DNA of 64,000 nucleotides from Penicillus capitatus (taxonomy: Eukaryota > Plantae > Chlorophyta). Under the pieces are notes generated by a model. The model did no database searches and was not told where the DNA came from. It saw nothing but the letters and a program-made list of their open reading frames with translations. The position numbers were made by a program, and so were the translations under genes. The stretch is taken from contig OZ287699.1 in the NCBI GenBank assembly GCA_965649825.1, positions 248,001-312,000 on the forward strand, written 5' to 3'. This document shows, piece by piece, positions 25,176 to 38,505 of the stretch. Position 1 is the stretch's first letter, and each line of letters opens with the position of its first letter.

Positions 25176-26658
25176 TTATAAGTTCAGAATCTGTCTCTGC
25201 GTTCTTCGGATCCACTTAACCGATTCTGCAATGTCTGCGTACAGTGCACTGAAGTCTGGCACTCCGCAGGTATCCAAGGGATGTTTCAAGTGAGCAATGC
25301 CCACGAGTCGATCTCCTCCATCTGCGTTTGTTTTGATCAGTGGACTGCCGCCATCTTCTTGACAGTATTCCGACTCTCCTCCCGCCGTGCAGAGAATGGT
25401 TCCAAGAAAAGTGCTGTTGTATTCGATTTGACAAGTGCTCTTGTTGACGACATGCTCTTCCAGGACTCGAACCACTGACACAAGTTCGCTGTTTTCTAAG
25501 GGCCTGTCCGCACCGATGAACCTCAAGGTGTCGTTGCTGCTAATGGATCGCCCTTTCTTTTGGATATTGATCGGTTTCTTGCTCGAAGGTTTGTTCAGTC
25601 TCATCAAGGCGATGTCGTATCCATTGCCTAAACGCTCTGCCGTCGCATTTGCCGACCACATTGGATGAACAACAGCGTGTACAGCTCTCCGAACCTAAAA
25701 ATGCAGATGCGTCTAGAGACGAAAGCGTTGATGCACGAGCAAACGTGCCTCTGGTGTATTGTGGCAGGCAGTGGTTATCTCTGCCGTGCGATGGGCGCCA
25801 ATAATGAGGATGGCTTCGGTAGTGGCGTTAAACAAGTCCAGGCAGTGCGCCGCTGTCAGCACAGTCTCCTCCGAGATGAGTGCGCCGCCACAGACATGAC
25901 GATATCCATCTTCGAAGGACGATCGCACCGAAACAAAGTATGGGTAGACTTCACATCCCATATCCGCCTCGAGAACCGCCACAATCGAGCCCTCCGCCTG
26001 TGGTTCGGTCTCCCCTTGGACGACATCCGTGAAGACCTAAACGATCACGAGTTAATCTTGGTGGATTCGTGCATAGAAGAGAACGGCCGACCTGTTGGCA
26101 AACAGCCGAAACGGCGAAATCGATGAGAGCCTCCATTGCCTGTCTCCGAATGTCTTCCTGTCGACACTGTGGGTCTTCGGACAGACGACAGAGTTCGTCT
26201 ACTAGGTCGTCTTGGTCGTCACATCTGAAATCTTCGTTGACAAGCAAATCTTCCATCGTGTCGAAACTTCCTAGCGCTGAAACGTACACGGCAAGAGGAA
26301 CGACCCGATGGCCAAAGCGGCCAAAGGAGACGTTTCTGCTCATCTGGAATGATGCGCCCAGTTCGCGGAAGCGAAGAATCGAGGCGATGTCGTCCGATTC
26401 TGCAGCAAAGAAGACGGCCTCCTCGACGGAACACGTCACCAGTGCGGCGCCTAAGTACTGTGGGGAACTCGTCGCTTCTGGGCAATCGGAGGAATCCGAT
26501 ACGAAGCACGACGGTCGCGTGGACGATGGCGACCGCAACACGCATCCCGGCGTGTTGGTCTGCACGCCGTTGCTCATACCGTCCAGTGTGCAGGCGCATC
26601 GTTCCTGAGCCGAACAAAACGGAGAGAGCATTACGACCATAGCCACCACCGATGCCAT
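25176..26658 (-). CDS. Secreted trypsin-like serine protease homolog (catalytic Ser absent) with N-terminal Cys-rich domain
   Basis: Signal MASVVAMVVMLSPFCSA; Cys-rich CACTLDGMSNGV...C...CFV...C...C; HVCGGALISEETVLTAAHC; YDIAL; CQEDGGSPL in place of CxGDSGGPL. Confidence 0.85.
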
Positions 26659-27187
26659 TGAAGCAACGGCATGGCTTTGGAACCATCGCTCTGGCGACTT
26701 GACGTTTGAAACATGCATCGTCTCGGTGGCAAGAGTGCGATTCTAGGTGGGATACTTGACTCCGCTTCAGGGGGATTTCCCGCTTAAATCCTGCTGCCTG
26801 CCTGCATCGCGGGTTCATTGTCGTACACGCCCCGATGTCATGCCAGAGAGGTGAGCAACGAAAAGTGAAGTTGACACGAAGTTCGCCACGAGACCGCGTC
26901 TGGCGTCTACTGCGAAAACAGAAACTATCCAAGTGACTGAGTGCATCTGCGGCACGTCGAGAATCTGCATCCATTCGCACGTCTTGAGACAAGAATTCAT
27001 GGTATGCTTCGCAGTGCCGCGGTCGGATGCAATCTCTGTGAGAGTTTAGACTTTTTTCATACACGGGTCGTCATCCGCGGCTCAGCGAAAACCTTTGCCG
27101 ACGGAATTCACACCGCGGCGTGGTGATTGCCTCATTTAACGGAGCATCAATTCTGATCGACATCTTAAACCCTGTGCAGACAGACAT

Positions 27188-27963
27188 ATGTCCGTGCGGC
27201 CGGAGCTTCGCTTTTCCTCATGTGGAATGGCCGTTCGGTCGGCGATCGCTCCAAGCAGCTGTGTCAGCCGAACAAACACAGGTCTTTGGCTAAGACGACG
27301 CGGCCCCGTTTACTCCGTTGCCGAGGACGGTTCCCTGAAGACGCGACGATGGTTCAGCACTCAGGCAACGCGTTCGGACAAAGTCCAGGAGGAGAAGGAA
27401 ACGGATGAGAAAGAGGAAGAAGTTGAGCGCGTTACCAAGAAGTGGGGACTCGAAGCTGGCCTCTTCAAAGTACCACCCACCTATCTCACTCTTTCTCACT
27501 CTTAAGCGTTCGTGATGCAGGCAATGACTTCGAAGAATGCTGATGGAAGCAAGTCGGGCGGCGAAACGGCCAAGGAGCTCCTGAAGAAATACGGCAGCGC
27601 CTATCTCATCACCTCCATCTCTTTCGCGATCGTTTCCTTCGCCATCTGCTACTTACTCGTCGATTTCGGTAATCTACGTAGCTCGTCGTCCTCTTCTCTA
27701 GCGCACCGTCTCAGGAGTCGACGTTTCGGCCCTGCTGTCCAAAGTAGGCATCAAGGTCTCGGAAACGGGAGAGAAAGTTGGTACGTTCGCACGCATCGAT
27801 CTCTCGTCGTGATCAAGGCTCTCTTCTTTTAGGGACACTCGCAATCGCATACGCAGCGCACAAAGCGGCTTCGCCGATTCGGTTCCCTCCCACCGTTGCC
27901 CTCACACCGGTCGTGGCCAACTGGATCGGGCGAAAGCAGGAAGATGTTCCAACAGAAGACTGA
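27188..27963 (+). CDS. DUF1279/FAM210-family protein, likely plastid-targeted
   Basis: KKWGLEAGLFK; KELLKKYGSAYLITSISFAIVSF; GTLAIAYAAHKAASPIRFPPTVALTP; Ser/Arg-rich transit-like N-terminus. Confidence 0.85.
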
Positions 27964-28134
27964 TCGAAGGCGATCGCGTCGATTCTTTGACACAGCGAAA
28001 CAAATGTTGGCCGTACGTTTTAAACATGGATTCGATTTTTCGTTCTCAACAACACCTCCCCATCAACGCCGTCTCATCCAAACCATCAACTGGTAAACGT
28101 GTTTAAGAGAGGACAATCTGCACATCGCGGTGCT

Positions 28135-29645
28135 CTAAGCTTTGACGGTTTGCTCGTTGGCAAACTTAATGCCTTTCTCAATAGATCCCTTCAATTCGGG
28201 AATAAGTTCGTTCAATCCAGCCTTCTCTGACTCCGAGAACTCTCCCAAAGGCAACTGAGAAGTGACGCCTTCGGCACCCAACTGCACTTTCGACGCAAAG
28301 AAGTCCAATTCGGGAACCAGGTTGGATTCGACGAAGGCACACTCGTAGATATCGGGCTCTCCCTGCAGTCCCAGCAAACAGGACTCAGCCATACGGGCAG
28401 CTGCGTAAGCCTAGAGGAAGGAACATGGCTCAGATGACGAGCTGTCGTCGAGGAGGACCATAGAGAGCGTCGCAGATCCCGTTCCGGCCTTGGCCTCCAC
28501 AACCTCCGTTCCGGCGTTTTGAATGCGCACGGTCAGAGCTTCGATCTCTTCCGGAGTGAACGACGTGGAAGGGGAAGTCTGGGAAAGCAAAGGCAAAATG
28601 GTCTTGCCAGCATGGCCACCCACCACAGGCACATCCACATCCTTCACATCCAGATCTAACCGACATCCCATACATCATTCGTAACGATGGGACTGGACAA
28701 GGTGCTCACTCTTTGCCGCAGCGACAAACGTGTTGGCCCGAACGACATCCAACGTTGTCACTCCTGAGGAGATACACACATCGATCAAAGTGTGAGATGT
28801 GTGATTTGGATGTACCAATGAGTTTCTTTGGGTCGTAGACACCCAGTCCTTTGAGTGTCTCCGCAGCAATGGCGACAGTAGAATTGACAGGATTCGAAAT
28901 AATGTTCAAGACTGCCTGTCAGTCAACAAGCACCCGCAATAACCGTCGTGCCTAGAATACGAGAGCCATACCGAAGGGCAGTTTTTGCCACATGCCTCGA
29001 CGAGTTTGTACACAATGGTGGCATTGATGTTAAAGAGGTCATCGCGCGTCATACCTAGCCCCATCGCTGACCCACCGGGACGTTTCATATGCGTGATGCA
29101 CCTGGTTTGCGCGGAACGCCGGCCGGAATGACGACCAAGTCCGCGCCGGTGACTGCGGCCGGAAGCTCATCGTCGCCCATGTAAGATTTCACCTGTCTTT
29201 ATCTTTGCCAAGAGGCACGGGCGAGATGGATGGGTACGTTGACAGGGGTGTTGCAGTGGCTCAGATCCGCTGCGACGCCCGGCATGTTGGCGATATCGTA
29301 CAAGGCGAGATCCGTCACGAGCTTGTTCATCTTCAGAAGCAGCGCCAAGGGCTGACCGATGCCACCCGCCGCGCCCAAGACGGCGACCTGTTGGTCTTGT
29401 CTCGATGCCGATACGGAAAGGAAAAACGCACGTACTTTAGCGCATTGAACGGTCAAGGAAGATCGGGAACGCGGATGTTGCGCGTGAAGGGACGCGGCTT
29501 TAGATCGCAGACCGTGCGTTCCGGTGATGAAGGCCTTGGAGACCACGCGCGTGCGTCGGAGGGTCGGTTTGCACGCCTTGCGCGACGCATTTCTGGAGAA
29601 TGAAAGAACGGCGTTCGGTTTTGTCGAAGAAAACGTGGCCGACAT
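28135..29645 (-). CDS. MDH: NAD-dependent malate dehydrogenase, probably plastid isoform
   Basis: [14 protein letters not shown]; [19 protein letters not shown]; [20 protein letters not shown]; GGHAG; [18 protein letters not shown] (plastid-type signature); long transit peptide ending SLTVQCA. Confidence 0.93.
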
Positions 29646-29813
29646 GGCGTTGCTGTGAACACGATGCGTATCCGCGCGAGACGTGAAAAGCGCTTCAGAC
29701 GAGTGCCTTAAATGAATAGACATCAAGCGTAGATTAAAGGCATGACGCCCAAGTGGGTATCTCAAAGGCCACCTCATGGAAAAAAGCGAACGGCATTGTC
29801 GATAAGGGGCTTT

Positions 29814-30137
29814 GCTAGCAGAAACAAGACACATAATATACCGAACACAGCGCGGCGGTGATCTGAAGGAGTGATCTTGACCATAGGATGACACTCGATG
29901 CCTTACGGTGAGAGCATTGGCAAACAAAGGGCTTTCCACAAAGGTCTCTTTATCGATGTCGTCGCCGCCAACGCTAGGAGGCAGCTCATCCTCGTTGACA
30001 TCGCTTTCTTCTTCCTCGTTCGCCTTTATCTGTGTGAACGATGGGCGACACCGCAATGACCCCGATCCGCCGCACGGAATCTGGTAGAACAGTCTCAGCA
30101 ACAGCGCCGTCGACACCAAGGAACGGACATAGTGCAT
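29814..30137 (-). CDS. Small acidic protein with hydrophobic C-terminus (5' end unresolved)
   Basis: [41 protein letters not shown] spliced (GTAAGG...TTCAG) to [15 protein letters not shown]. Confidence 0.3.
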
Positions 30138-31186
30138 GCGTTGTCTCCGGGAGTCACGATGTTTTGCGTGATTTCTTCAAGGCAAAGGATGCGTGTGCTT
30201 GGCGGGTGGCGTGACAGATGCCATCCATGACACGTGTCGGCGTTTGATGCCGTTACCTTCCAATCGTCGCGCAGAGAGCGCGTTGCGATTGAGACAGCGC
30301 AAGACATGACATCCTTCCGTTTGACGCTCATATGGCGCAACTGGCGGATGCCGTCGTGCCTTTCTCTCCGTCGACATACGTCTGACGCTGATCCTAAACG
30401 TCTTCTTGCCGCTTCGAACAAGCGGAACGCGGTCTAGCGCTCATCCCCTTTGAGTTTCTTGCTGTCTCGCCCAAAGGGAGACGTTGAAACCCATCTATTC
30501 ACATTGCGCCAGAATCGCCTTCCAGAGTTGTCATTTCACAAGTACAGTGTGCCGCGGCCTAACGGACGGCATCAGAGGTCCCCCGAAGCTGCCATCTCCC
30601 TGCACGATGCCACCAAACGTCACTCCTCAGACCACCGTCTCACCAGTCTCTCCTCTTTCGCTGCGTCGGCGGTACTGACGAAGCATACCGCCGAGGCATA
30701 TCCTTTAGCAACCCTTATCCGTCACTTATTTTTGGTCGCTCAAATAGCCCATGGGTGAACCCGTACTGTTAGCCATCTGTGCCGCGGGGGCAAAACTCCC
30801 TATCTGCCAGACCCGATTCCCAAATCTCGCCGCGCGGAATAAGCTTCAAGTCCGCCGCAGATCGTTTTCCACGCCGTGAGTTTCTTTCTTAGGCTTCTCC
30901 GAACGACATCGCTCCTTTGGAAGGTTCTCCTTCCGTCTATCACACGCTAACTCACGTACGGCCCCATTCTCCCATAAATACCCCTTTCTCAGTAACCTGA
31001 CTTCTTGGCAGTTCCAAGACACCATCACGAAACATCGGATATGACTTCGACTGGCCATAACACGAGTAGGTTTGCAACGGACTACCCGTTCCTTACGGTC
31101 GATACTTAGAGACAATTGCGTTAGGCCGACCGCCTCACGATAGAAGGAGAAAGGAGAAAACGATCTGGTCGACCTTTAGAAGAAAT

Positions 31187-33504
31187 ATGGCGCGTCAGAT
31201 TGAGTCCCGCGAACAGAATCTTATGAAAAATCCGTCGAGAAATCTCTCGCGAATTCTGCGCACGGCGAGTCAGAAATTCTCGATTCGGCATAAGAAGCCC
31301 ATGTTGCACAACAATCCGTCCAGTCGTCGCGGCCAGCACGTTTGCTTCTCTCGCTACGGTCTGGAGGATATCGATGGGTCTGTTGTTTGTTGGCATTCGG
31401 ATTCGGACAATGGATATTCGTCCTCCGAAGGTGCCTTGGATGCAGCAGTCATGCTTGACCATGTGATGTGACGTTTGTGTGTGTCCAAGGGGACGATGGT
31501 AGTCGTTCGGTGCCACCAGCTCTCGAACCGGGATCTTCAGAACTGCGCACACAGGATCGCATCATCGTGCCTTCTGCAAGAGCGCGTTCACCCCCACGAC
31601 GAGAACATATGAGCCCGTCTGGGGGGAGCTACGTAGATGGCAGTGCAACAGCGAATTTGGCAGCCCTCGAAGGTGGAGCCATCTTTGCCAAAAGGTCATC
31701 CCATTGACGCCCATCGATTCTCAAAGTCTCTCTTTCCCCGTATGCCAGGTACCTTATCGACCATGAGCGCATTCCTGGGAGTCCAAAGTGCCGCTATGCT
31801 ACGGATGTGACGACATCCAGACGTGTCTTCCTGAAATTCTATGCCAGATCATCGTACGAATGGAGAAATACTGTTCGAATCCATCGACTCACAAAGAGAA
31901 GCGGCTTCGTGTGCCAGTAAGGCGCCGCCTCTGCGCCGCCACCCGATCGGTGTCATTCCTGACAGGCTCTTGAATACGATCGACAACGAAAGAGGTTTCC
32001 CTCCCTGTCTGGTTTTTGAAAGAGGAGATGATTCATTGACCAGTCGCTTGGCTTCCAAGCAGGCGTCTGTTGCCGAGCAACGAACGATGCTCTACGCGGT
32101 ACCTTTGAGATTTCGCATACTGGATGCGGCCGTCTCATGTGTCGCCTTGACGTCTTGTGCCTAGATCCTTGAAGCGTTGGAATATCTTCACGGTCAAAAT
32201 CTTACGCACGGAAATCTGTCGCCGTCGAATTTTATGTGGTTCCAATCGAGTCTATCGTGGAAACTCGTGGGATTGGATCACGCTTCGTTCCTCGAAGAAC
32301 CAACGGCCTTTCGCCGCGCCATCAGCCGCTATGCCGCGCCGGAGATCTCAAAAGCAATTGAAAAGGGCGAAACCCATGTGCAACTGCAGCCAGCAGCAGA
32401 TATGTGGTCCTTCGGCATCATCGCCTTCGAGATCCTCACCAGTACATTAGCACACATTCTCACTCTTCTCACACATCTTGACGGTGTCCTTCAGGTTCTT
32501 GCGTCTACGATTCGTCTCGTGTGCGGCACGTTATCCGAAAACGCCTGAAGAAGATGCCTTATGCAAGATCACCTGTGGTGCGAAGACGTCAAGGATACGT
32601 CAGTCGATCAACACCGGATGCCATTGATGAAGAAGAGGGTCTTAGTTTCGTTTACAGCCTACTGCGCACCGATCCAGCTTCGAGACAAACCGTCACAGAA
32701 GCTCTCGAGGACGGAATCTTCAAATCTGCCGTGGAGGCATGCCAAGGAATCGACACTCGAAACTCGGTACGCCGATCGCAACGCCATCCCATACAGTCAT
32801 CGACAGCGCTCCCCTGATGCACGTAGTTTGCCTCGAGGAGTGAGCCGCGACTCGGCGACGTCTGTACTTGGCCTGAATGGAGATGGATGCAGATCTTTAC
32901 CCATCATACAAAGCTGACGTTACAGGTGGAGTGCTTTCGACATGCGTCCAGTACTTTTCCGTTTAATCTGCGAGAGGCCGAAGAGGCGCAGCGGCTTTCG
33001 GATGAGGCTCTGCCAAATCAGCCCGTGCACGTTCTTCGACTTCATCAAGATTTGCGCCTCCACGTTCGCATCTCCCCAGAGAAGCAGCTTCCTTTCTCCA
33101 TCGAAGGCGTCGTTGCCGTTCGTCTGGCATCACCCGATGAAGATTTTGTCGATCTCGAGACGGTGCAAAAGCGCCAGAATGATACGATCGATGTCATGTC
33201 GCTGGTGCAGCCGCAGCAGCTGCCATCCAAGCGGCTGCACACAGTGACACCGGCGTTTGGCTTTGTGGATCGCAGATATGTGAAACTCACTGTACAGCTC
33301 AGAGTCCTTCTAGGAGCTCCCTTCCGACGTGAAGTCGATCTGTACTACCCTATGTATTGCAAAATTGTGCAGCCTCGTGGTCGGCTGAGATTACACAGAC
33401 GGGTCGAGTGCTTGGGCGCCAAGACTGTGATGATCAAGGATCCAAAGCCCCAGTTGCTAACCGGCATTCAATACAATAAGCCACCAGGCACTTACTTACT
33501 ATGA
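31187..33504 (+). CDS. Protein kinase-like (probable pseudokinase) with C-terminal beta-rich domain
   Basis: RVFLKFY (beta3 Lys); PPCLVFERG; ALEYLHGQNLTHGNLSPSNFMW; WKLVGLDHA; RYAAPE; ADMWSFGIIAFEILT; DPASRQTV. Confidence 0.8.
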
Positions 33505-35435
33505 ATCTCTCCTCGAACACATCGCTTCCGTGTTGGATGGAACTGCACATCGAAGCCCCCTGCCCGTTGTTTCCTTAGGAGCAGTTGTCATAAACGTGGC
33601 CGATGGCACAGAACGCTGTTGTGGACAGCAGTGCTGGCGTTTTGTCAGGATGGACGACTCCAGTAGGTGTCTGAACTGCACGGAGAGCCAATCACAAGTG
33701 CCAGTCCATCTGCCGAGACGTCATCTCTTCCAGCCGCGTCCCTGACAGCAGGGATGGCGCCGCCATAACGGCCGCATGAACGTGGTGTCAAATAAGATAC
33801 CGGTACAGACTCACACACTCTCCTTGCGAGTGTGCGTCCATTCTTTTGCACTTGATCGCTGATAGTGAAATAAAATTCTTTTTTCTATTGAATTGAGAAA
33901 TGAGAATTCTGAGAATTTTCGATAAACGACGAAATCATTCTGTTGCGATTCTGACTGAGAAAGTGAAGAGATTTTGGTCGAAGACCGATCGTGAGCCGAG
34001 AGGACCGTTCCAGATCTGCCAGTGTGGATATCTGTGCGCAGCGCATCGTGTTGAATTCTTCGTGTTGGAATGATCGGTAGGCAATATTGGGATCCCACTC
34101 ACTCACAGACAGACAGACAGCATTATCAGCAGTACTGTGCACTTTTCCCACGGCAACACATATTAATCGATTATTTAACCGAGACGAGTGGGATCGTAGA
34201 ATAATTCATTGAGATCGGATCGTATGTGCCCTGGATTCTGTTATACCTTATACGGGCGTTGTGAAGATGCGTTGTCGGAACCTTCTGGTAGTGCGTTCCG
34301 TTGATTACTTGGATGATGCAGATGGAGTTTAGCTGGGTGGGCAGGCAGCCTTTGAGATAGAGATCTGACGATGTGTATATGTGATTCTGCCCTGGTTTAA
34401 TTTATGTGACTCGTGGAAGACCACACGGAGAAAGGCAACGGACGATCGGCCGATGACCCTGTTCACCCATCTTGTCTCTCACAAAATCTCTCGACCCAAG
34501 CAACGAAGAGAGCGGCCATCGATGAAAAAATGTTAAAGGGTATCTGCGTCGGCCACTGGCCAAGACGTCAGAGGTCGATTCTTGAGTTCGCGCCTTTCTT
34601 GACACAAAGCCAACGGCAGACAACTAGAATCACACGTTGCATAGAATGCGGTGTCCAGATGAACATCCCTCCCTCACCAGAGATGCACGAGGCAATCGGC
34701 GCACGGTTCTGTTGGAAGATTGTACTTCTGGCGCAGATCAGTCCGTGTGTGCATGGTATACGCCCAAGTGCACAAGGTCAACGTCAATAGACTCACCAAA
34801 CAGCAACAGCACGCCGGTCGGCAACCAGATGGCGGCACTTCTCCTCCATGCAATGCTACACAAGAGAAATCTCACACATCACACTTTTCAGAAGGATGTG
34901 ACCTTCTCGAGTCTCTCCGAAGGTAATACAAGGGAGAAAACACGTTTTTAGACCTAGAGACGCATGATGTGTCCAACAGCGCCGCTGGCGGCCTCCAGAG
35001 GAGACGGAGGAGGGAACGAGGCAGGTGACGTACATGTTCCACCGTCTTCTGTGCAGCTAAAGAGCCCACCGGCTCGCCACGTTTCTTTTTGTAGGGGTTC
35101 CGTCGACATCGTCTTCGCGAAACGAAGGTCGACGTCGCGTCGGCGTCGCGTAAACGGCACAGATGGATTTCAATTCTCGTCTGTCTGTCTGCCAATCATT
35201 CATCCATCAACCGCCCGATCGCGTCCTCCGCCTGTGTGCTGTCTGTCCGTCCGTCACATCATGATATGACACGCACTTACATCGGAAATCACTGCCTTCA
35301 ATCGCCGCCCTTTGACAGATGGCAATACCAACTTATCGACTTGGCTGAGCAATCAATCAATCAATCATGTACACGTGTACGACGCTGTCCTCATCAAACG
35401 AGCCCTCCATCGTTCTCACCAGCAAAGAGAATTTA

Positions 35436-36527
35436 TTAAGTCATTGTCGTCATCGTCGTGAGAGAAGTCCAGAGGTCGTCGGACAATAAATTGCCGATCA
35501 AGTTCAGTTCGGTCAATTTTGACGCGAGAGATTTCAGAACATCGTGACTGTGGTCACTTATTGAGTTATGCCCCAGATCCAATGACGTCAGATTCGTAAA
35601 AGATGTCATCATCTCCAGGCCTCGATCGTAGATTCGACAGCCAGAGAGATCCAGTTCCTGCAACGAAGTCAACGGGCACTTGTCTTCGGCATCCACACCA
35701 AAGCTCACGATACAGGACTGTACACCGGTCTTCCGATCCGTCTCCACCAGCAGATTAAAACGCAGTCCCGGTCCAGGCGACAGTAGGGCACGGATGCCAT
35801 CGTTCGAAATCGCCGTGTTAAACAACAGCAGTCGCCGCAGCGTCTGGAGGTGACAGAGATCTTCCATGTGTTCATCCTGAATGCGCGTGCATCCCATGTT
35901 CAGCTCCTTGAGTTTCTTAAAATGTATGAGATGTCTAAACCAGTCACTCCTGAGCTTCGTTTTGGAGAGATTCAAACTGGTGAGTTTCTGAAGCGTCGAG
36001 AGAGATTGGACACCGTTTAATGTGGTGCCCGTCTTGGACAGATTGAGATCGAGGAGTTCGGGAAAGGCTGCCAAATAGCTGACGTTCTTCACTCGCGAAA
36101 ACGCCAGATTCAATCCAATCAAATGCGTGAGTTGTGTGAGATGACTCACTCCGGCATCATCGACCATAGTGGATTCCAGATCCAGCATCGTCAACTGGGT
36201 CATGGTCGCTAACTGCTTCACTCCGGAGCCCGTGATTTTGGTCTTGTACAGCACCAAGGTCTTGAGCGACGTCAGCGGCACGAGATGCGGCAAACCTGCA
36301 TCGCTTAACTGTGTCCGGCCCAAATCGAGGACCTTCACGTCGTGACAGTTAGCGAGACGTGACAGATCGTCGTCCTGGACGTCACTGTCCCATAAACTTA
36401 ACTCCTGACCCACCACCACCGCAGACAAACCTCAGAGGAGTGAAGGGAGACGGGACGCCACCTGCTGGTCGTTTAGTATGAAGCGTGTTGTTTCGTGTGA
36501 GGAGGGTGTGACGGAAGACGTGTCCAT
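35436..36527 (-). CDS. RNI-like leucine-rich repeat protein
   Basis: About 10 LRRs (LxxLxLxxTxIxDxGLxxL). The ATG-containing first exon MDTSSVTP...NDQQ splices via a 57-nt intron to ELSLWDSD. Confidence 0.85.
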
Positions 36528-36870
36528 AGGGGTTGTCCCTTCAGGAGGCGTCAACGGCGTCGCATGCCACGTCGAGTCGACCTACATGACGCGACAACAA
36601 TGCACGGTCAGCGAGCAAGCGAAAAACATACCCTCGTTAGAGGAGACCTCACCGATTCGAGAGGAAGAACATCGCCCATGTCGTAATAAACACACGCCGC
36701 GGAGATTAGACACGCGAGTACACGCACGAACAAACTCAGCGATAGTTCACAGCGGCGTCGATCGACATACGGTCGGCGTTGACATACGGTCGGTCCATAC
36801 ACATCGCGCTGCGTTGTTTTTCCGACCATTGGTTGAAGGGCAGACAGACCGCGTCCGCGTCTTTCCAGCG

Positions 36871-37904
36871 ATGGTGGTTGTCCTGCACCCTGCGACGCTG
36901 AGATTCTCGGACAGTGTGCTCGAGAAGGAATACGCGTCTTACCGCAAGGCTGGAACGCTCCTTATCGCAGAGGACAGCTTTCTTCGTCTCAATTTTCTAT
37001 TCTATATTCTCTTCGTCTTTTCCGAAGTGTTGTCCGGGGGATTTGCATGGAACCTGGGATTCCGTCTTAAACTACTGGGATGTGTCTTGACGTTATGTCA
37101 TGCGGGCGTCGTACGCGTGCTCTCCAACGAGACACGTGCTCGGCATCAGTTTCTGGTCATCTCATTCTTTCGCACTGTTCGGCTTTTGCTATTTCTCGTC
37201 AGTGTGCGGCTGTGGGTCAATGATCCGATTGCCGATGCTCGGTCCATGTTTAAGATTGCTGTGCTGAGAACGGGGCTCTTGGTGAATATGTGGTATGCGT
37301 TGGGATTCCCTTTGCTCTTTGCTGAGCATCTGATATTGCATTCGATCCATGTGATCATGACGCTGCTGGCGACATCTCCGTCGGCGTGCGCCGCCATTCA
37401 AGAATCGACAGCTTCGCAGCAGCTTCTCAATGAAGTGTGGAATCGTGTGAATGATGTGCTGACGTCGTTGGCAGGGATGCCAGGCCATCCATTGCATCAA
37501 CGTGAACTGGCGTCCACTTCAGCTTCCGTCCAACTGCTGCCGCACGCGTGTGAGATGCTGTTGATCGTGGCGCAGTTGACCGTGTCCTTTGCTCTGCCGA
37601 CGTATTTGCTGTGGAATATGGAAGTGATGTCGCGCCGCAGTTACGTCGAAGATAAAAACCGCCACAGTCACTTGGAACGTGTGGAGCTCGATTGCACGTG
37701 GCTGCCAGATACGGCTCGCATCCTCGGTACGTCACCCCACCACACCCCCACAAACGCGAACGTACATACGCAGTACAACATGCACACATCGTCATCATCC
37801 ATCATGGATTCTTCATACACACAAACAGCAACAGTGTCTTCTGTTTTCTAGTGTTTGGCATTGTGAGCACATCAGCATGTTGGATGTTAATGTTGCAAGT
37901 ATGA
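36871..37904 (+). CDS. Multi-pass membrane protein of unknown function
   Basis: MVVVLHPATLRFSDSVLEKEY followed by about 6-7 hydrophobic helices. A probable last intron at about 37728-37773 adds a final TM segment. Confidence 0.65.
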
Positions 37905-38505
37905 GCAAAGGTCAGAAATGAAGCGTCACTGTTTCGCGCAAAATAACATCCGATGTACATTTGGAGGAGTGAGTGGATTGTTTAAGATGATGACAGCGAT
38001 GTCGTCGATGATGATGGGGACGCGACAGTAGTATTTAGTGATCCGACACAATGTAAAGAGCTCCACATCAGTGAGATGACGGTTAGGAGGTAGGGGAGGG
38101 AAGGAGATGTATTCTACTCGTGATGCGGCCGTTGTTGTCGTTGATGCCGTTGTTGATCATCACCTATAAAATAGAAATCACAACAACACGCACAATACAC
38201 CACAACAATACAACGAACACCCCTCGGCACAGAAGATGTCCAAAATCCTTTTAGAATGACGGCGAAAGATCTAAACAAACCTCATGCTCATGTAACACCC
38301 GTTCAGGTCATACATACGACTCCATGAATTGGTAGGAATCCACTTTGCCATTGACACAACAGATTCGTCAATACACACATACGCAGCAATTGATGGAGTG
38401 GCTCTGTCAAACACATTACGATCGCACAGCGTGAAGTACTCAGATGCGGTGGCGTTTCGGGAGGGGTCCTCTATCCACTGCTGCTGCTGTCGCCGCCGCT
38501 GCTCT

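Noticed and set aside
29199-30137. 312-aa ORF as a long MDH N-terminus
   Set aside because: It is a chance fusion of an upstream small gene, intergenic DNA and MDH exons 1-2, including an unspliced intron.
33505-35430. Short ORFs between the pseudokinase and the LRR gene
   Set aside because: No recognisable motifs and no consistent spliced model. A small orphan gene cannot be excluded.
36478-36870. N-terminal 131 codons of the 457-aa ORF
   Set aside because: This part overlaps the first exon and promoter of the antisense LRR gene. The protein-like sequence starts at ATG 36871.
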